Source: Anthoceros angustus (lineage: Eukaryota; Plantae; Anthocerotophyta). From it: a stretch of DNA of 64,000 nt. Below, piece by piece: positions 59,961-64,000 of this stretch. Below the pieces are notes generated by a model, which searched no databases, was not told the origin of the DNA, and saw only the letters and a list, made by a program, of their open reading frames with translations. The stretch lies in NCBI GenBank assembly GCA_010909165.1, contig VJWM01000266.1, forward strand, positions 115,921 to 179,920, in the 5' to 3' direction. Position numbers and translations under genes: made by a program. The first letter of the stretch is position 1. Each line of letters opens with the position of its first letter.

Positions 59961-62900
59961 TGAAACAATTAAACACCAATCTCGCCTAACCCCCGCCTGT
60001 GGGTCTAGTTACCGTCTAGAGGGTTGAGTCACTACGGAAGGGGGTGCCTCTCCTTGAACGGACACCCTCGCACCACCTTAAAACACCTTTGTACCTCTTG
60101 TTTGAATTAATTAGCGAAGAACATATCTTCACGAGCATCATGGACTAGATGCATGCTACACAATCCTATCGCTTTATGGATTCTATCATGGTATCGTAGC
60201 TTCAGCTCACATGGTATCTCTTGATCATGGCTAGAAATGTCGGTCGTTTAGTGGGTTGCGCAAGCGATATCTAAAGTTTGATAGCTTTTACCGCTGGTTT
60301 ATCGACAGACCTTCTCAAGGCTTTGCTAGCTCACCAAGTAGTACATAGAAATCCATGCATTAGGATCATGATAGTCTTTTTCTTGCTTGAATTAAGTAGA
60401 AGAATCTTTAAGATGTGCTAGCTCGAGACCCATCGATCTAGAATAGGAAAATGGGGTTTCAGCCAAAAGAAGATTGTTTGTTCAGAATTTTGTAGGAAAC
60501 ATTGCGCTCTAGGCTTGGGAAAAAATGTTATCAAAACCCTTTTCCCTATAAAATGGGACAACTCGAGGGTGCAGGTCACCCATCCGTGTCCCCATCAGAA
60601 GCTTTTCAAGGTGCTTAACTCGAGTTTCGACCGAGCACGCCACTGGCCTCCCCATAGATTCATTAACAATTTGTAGTATTTGGAGATATTAAAAGTTAGA
60701 TAGCCCCATGGATTAAAATCCACGGAGACTACTTGCTTCTCCTTCCTCTTTCCCTGCAGCGCTTCAAGATTGCGCTGCACCTCCGGAAAATCCCTCAGGC
60801 TTACCATGGCGAGAACCCGCCGATCCAAAGACCCCGCGCCTCGGGCCACCCTAAGGCATCGTGTGCCTGTGCCAGCTCCGCCAAGAGCTCGCGACTCCCC
60901 CATCCACTTACGGCCTCATAGCTGCGCACGCAAGATGGGTGGCAACAGCGCCAGCAACTTGGACACCAATCTCTTGCGGCTCATCCTCGCTTGAGGTAGT
61001 AGTTAAGTGACCGCATCATTGTGTGGGGCCTCTACGTCCCCTCGCGTGATTGCACATATGTTTCACCTCCACCTCAAGTCCGAGAGAAGATTGCTTCATT
61101 CATCTGATTTTTCGGGAGACGACGGTCCCCGGGCATCTCAGCAGCCTCCCCGCCTCTTCCCACTCCACCTCGAGATCCCCACACACCGGGTCATTACCAG
61201 GACTCACTCCTAGTGAGGCCGATTCCATTTAAACCCATCGAGATTTGAGGAAGATCCTCAGGGGCATGCGGGATTGCGACAGATCGGTGACCAAATCTCA
61301 TCACCCTCCCTGAATTGGTACTGGCCGGATCCGGAGCTTTATTACAGGCTATCAGGCGGGCATCAACCAGCCCGCATCAAGACGTGGCAGGCCGATCAGG
61401 CGGCCCGGTCGTGACCCGCCGCAGCGCGGTGGATCACCGGCCCCGGCAGGCTACACGTCAAGGTGAGCGCCAAGCGCGGGCGTGGCAGGCTACAATATTA
61501 CTGAAGCGGCGCTGATTGACGATTTAATCAGGCCCCGGCCAGCGGGTCGACAACCTCAGTTGTCATTTCGAGGTGAATCTCCTCGGCTCACACCCTCAAC
61601 CGTTATTGAACGCGGTTTTTTCTCGGCCACTCCGTTCAAATAGGGTTCTTCCCTGGCAACTGCTCCACACCGGCATTTGGACCCCTCGGGGGTTTTGCTT
61701 CACCACCAGTACATTACATGCTCCGGTGAAGATGGAGCCGACCGCCTGGCGTCCCACAAGCGGAGAAAGTTGGAGGACGCCCATGTAAAGCTCTTTGGCC
61801 GGTCGGATATAGCGAGAATGTGAAAGCCTACAAACTGTTTGATCCTGAAGATCATGCGATTACTTCCCGCCCGCAGTTGTTACGCCTCATGGAGCCCACG
61901 CGGCTTCGAGTGAGGGAGCCGTGGTTTATTAACCTCGACACGGGTCGCCACCAGCTTAACTCCCCTTCACACTTCCCGCAGGACGATGGCGATCCCTTTG
62001 AGGACACTAACTCCGAGGACGAGGGCGGCGACCCTCTGTCCCTGCCGGACGCGGAAGGAGAAGACGCAGACGCTGCCCCTGCTCCCCCAACCGATCAATA
62101 AGCGCGCCGATCCTATACCAAATTGATCCCCCGCCCAAATGACCTGTTGACGCGCCACCGACCGAGCTCTTGCCTGTCAACGAGGTGCCATCTCTCAAGC
62201 TCGGGCTCTCTGGCCTCACACCACCGCCCGCCGCCATAGTGGGCCGAGCCCTCCGCACCGCCTGACTTCAAGACCTCTTGGCTCACTATCCGCTCTCATC
62301 TTTCGCCACCCTCACTGCCGGAGGAGCCTACCACACTTACCCAAGCTCTCTCTAGCCCCGAATCCTCCAAGTGGCGTCATGGGAGGATGAGTACCAAAGT
62401 CTTGTGAAGAATAAGACTGGGTCGATCCGCCTTGGAAGGAAGCCGATCAATGAAATGGACGCTCAAGCTCAAGCTTAATGCCCAAGGCCAAGTTGCTCGC
62501 CCAAGGCCCGCTTGGTAGCCCGAGGCTTCTCTCAAGCTGGAAGGGCTCGACTACCAGGAAACTTTCTCCCCTGTTGTACGAGCCCAATCCATCCGCATCC
62601 TCCTTTCCCTGGCTGCAGAACTCGACCTGGAGTTGCACCAGATGGATTTGTGCACAGCTTTCCTATATGGAGAACTCGACGAGGAGCTATACATGGACCA
62701 GCCCGAGGGCTACGTTAGCAAACAGTCCCCACACAAAGTGTTGAGACTTAAGAAGTGCATCTACGGCCTCAAACAGAGTGGCCGTGTCCGTACACCACCA
62801 TGCACTCTACCTCGCTTAGCCTCTTTCTGCTCAAAGCTCGCACATGGGAACGCTTATGTGCTATCTCTTGGGACCCCACTTCATGCTTCGCCCTTTACGT

Positions 62901-64000
62901 GGATGACCTCATCCGCCACCAATAGCCAAGCCATGTTGGATGAGGTGAAGCACCGGCCGAAAGCACCCGCTTTGAGATGAAAGACATAGGCGAACCGGGC
63001 TTTTGCCTTTGGAATCCAAATTCTGGATGAGCTCAAGGTAGTCTCGATCATCCACCAAAGACAAGTACATCAAGGAAATATTATCAAGATTCAAGCGGAC
63101 CAAGCTTAGGCCCGTCACACCTCTTATGCTGCCGTAACGTTACGCTGATCGCCCCAGCCGGAGGCCAAGGAGATGGAATGCCTCACCGCCACGCCGCCGG
63201 GCAGCCTTATCTTTCGATGGATGGACTGCACCGACATCCAAGACTGCTTCCAGTATCACAATTTTAGAATCACCGGAAAGGCACACTGGCGTCCAAGAGG
63301 GTCTTCCGCTACCTCAAGGGAACCCTCACATACGGCCTGGCATACAAAAGCGAAGGCACAGGGAAGCTGTCGCTAGTGGGATACACCGATGCAGATTGGG
63401 CATCCGACCCCGACTCATGGAAGAGCCTTAGCGCACACTGTTTTCTCTTGTCCTCCGCAGCGGTGAACTGGAGTTGCAAGAAGCAAACCTCCATCGCCCT
63501 CTCCTCCACAGAAGCAGAGTATAAATCACTTACCGATGCTGCAAAGGAGGCAGAGTGGGAGAGAGCCTTCCCGCCGGGCCCGACTGTAAGGTGACAATCC
63601 TACACCCCTACATTGTGATAACATGTCAGCCCTGGCTTTGGTTGCAAATCCCAAGTTCCACGCCATGACAAAGCACATCGAGATTCAACATCACTACATA
63701 CGGGATGTAGTAGAGCGGGAGTATTAAAGGCCACCCCACGCCTCAATGGAGGACAACGCTGCATGACATATTGACCAAGGGCCTGCCCAAGCTACGCCAC
63801 TCACCACAAAGACATGCTCAAGCTAGGCTTGATCGACTTCTCGCCTCAACTCGCCGTAGCCCCGAGGCGTAAGAGAAGACTTAGCCTTCAGAGGAGCGCG
63901 TGCAGGAGTGCCATATTCCATGGAAGATAGTCTCACATCGCCGTGTTTACGCCAACTTAAGAGGGAGTGTTATTTAAACAATTAATCCGCCTGTAACCCC
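59961..64000 (+). mobile_element. Second Ty1/Copia element, internally deleted; 3' LTR cut by the window edge
   Basis: 5' LTR ~59961-60188 with degenerate PBS tggtatcgtagc. PPT aagagggag at 63959-63967, then tgttatttaaacaattaa..., similar to the 5' LTR start. Confidence 0.85.
61800..63800 (+). pseudogene. pol: Copia pol remnants (INT tail, RT, RNase H)
   Basis: KAYKLFDP; LVARGFSQ; HQMDLCTAFLYGELDEELYMDQPEGY...IYGLKQS; GYTDADWA...SSTEAEY; CDN...TKHIEIQHHYIRD. Confidence 0.92.

Noticed and set aside
60595-60903. Antisense ORF in the second Copia leader
   Set aside because: Short, single copy, no motif, and in a degraded region.

Overview
The window is a eukaryotic nest of LTR retrotransposons, probably from a plant or streptophyte alga. 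I see no recognisable host gene, tRNA, rRNA or CRISPR array. Coding regions are broken mainly by single-base indels, and there are many microhomology-bounded tandem duplications, so part of the decay and copy number may be long-read or assembly noise. Main result: two related Ty3/Gypsy families carry a DNMT3-like C5-cytosine methyltransferase inside the polyprotein. (1) A complete-domain element on the minus strand (~9864-20022) reads Gag-PR-DNMT-RT-RNaseH-INT-PHD. (2) A second family (four copies, ~21990-38070, mostly head-to-tail) keeps Gag-PR-DNMT, lacks RT, RNaseH and INT at an identical breakpoint, and ends in a degenerate PHD remnant, i.e. an apparent non-autonomous methyltransferase-carrying retroelement. 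Its catalytic motif reads G-W-E-C-Q rather than P-C. Also present: Athila-like Gypsy elements (tRNA-Asp-type PBS, 3' extra ORF), one full-length Copia with a TTCTC TSD inside a Gypsy integrase, a second deleted Copia running off the right edge, and fragments of a ParB/Srx-like gene (GGNH motif). Domain calls come from reading motifs by eye; no database searches were run.
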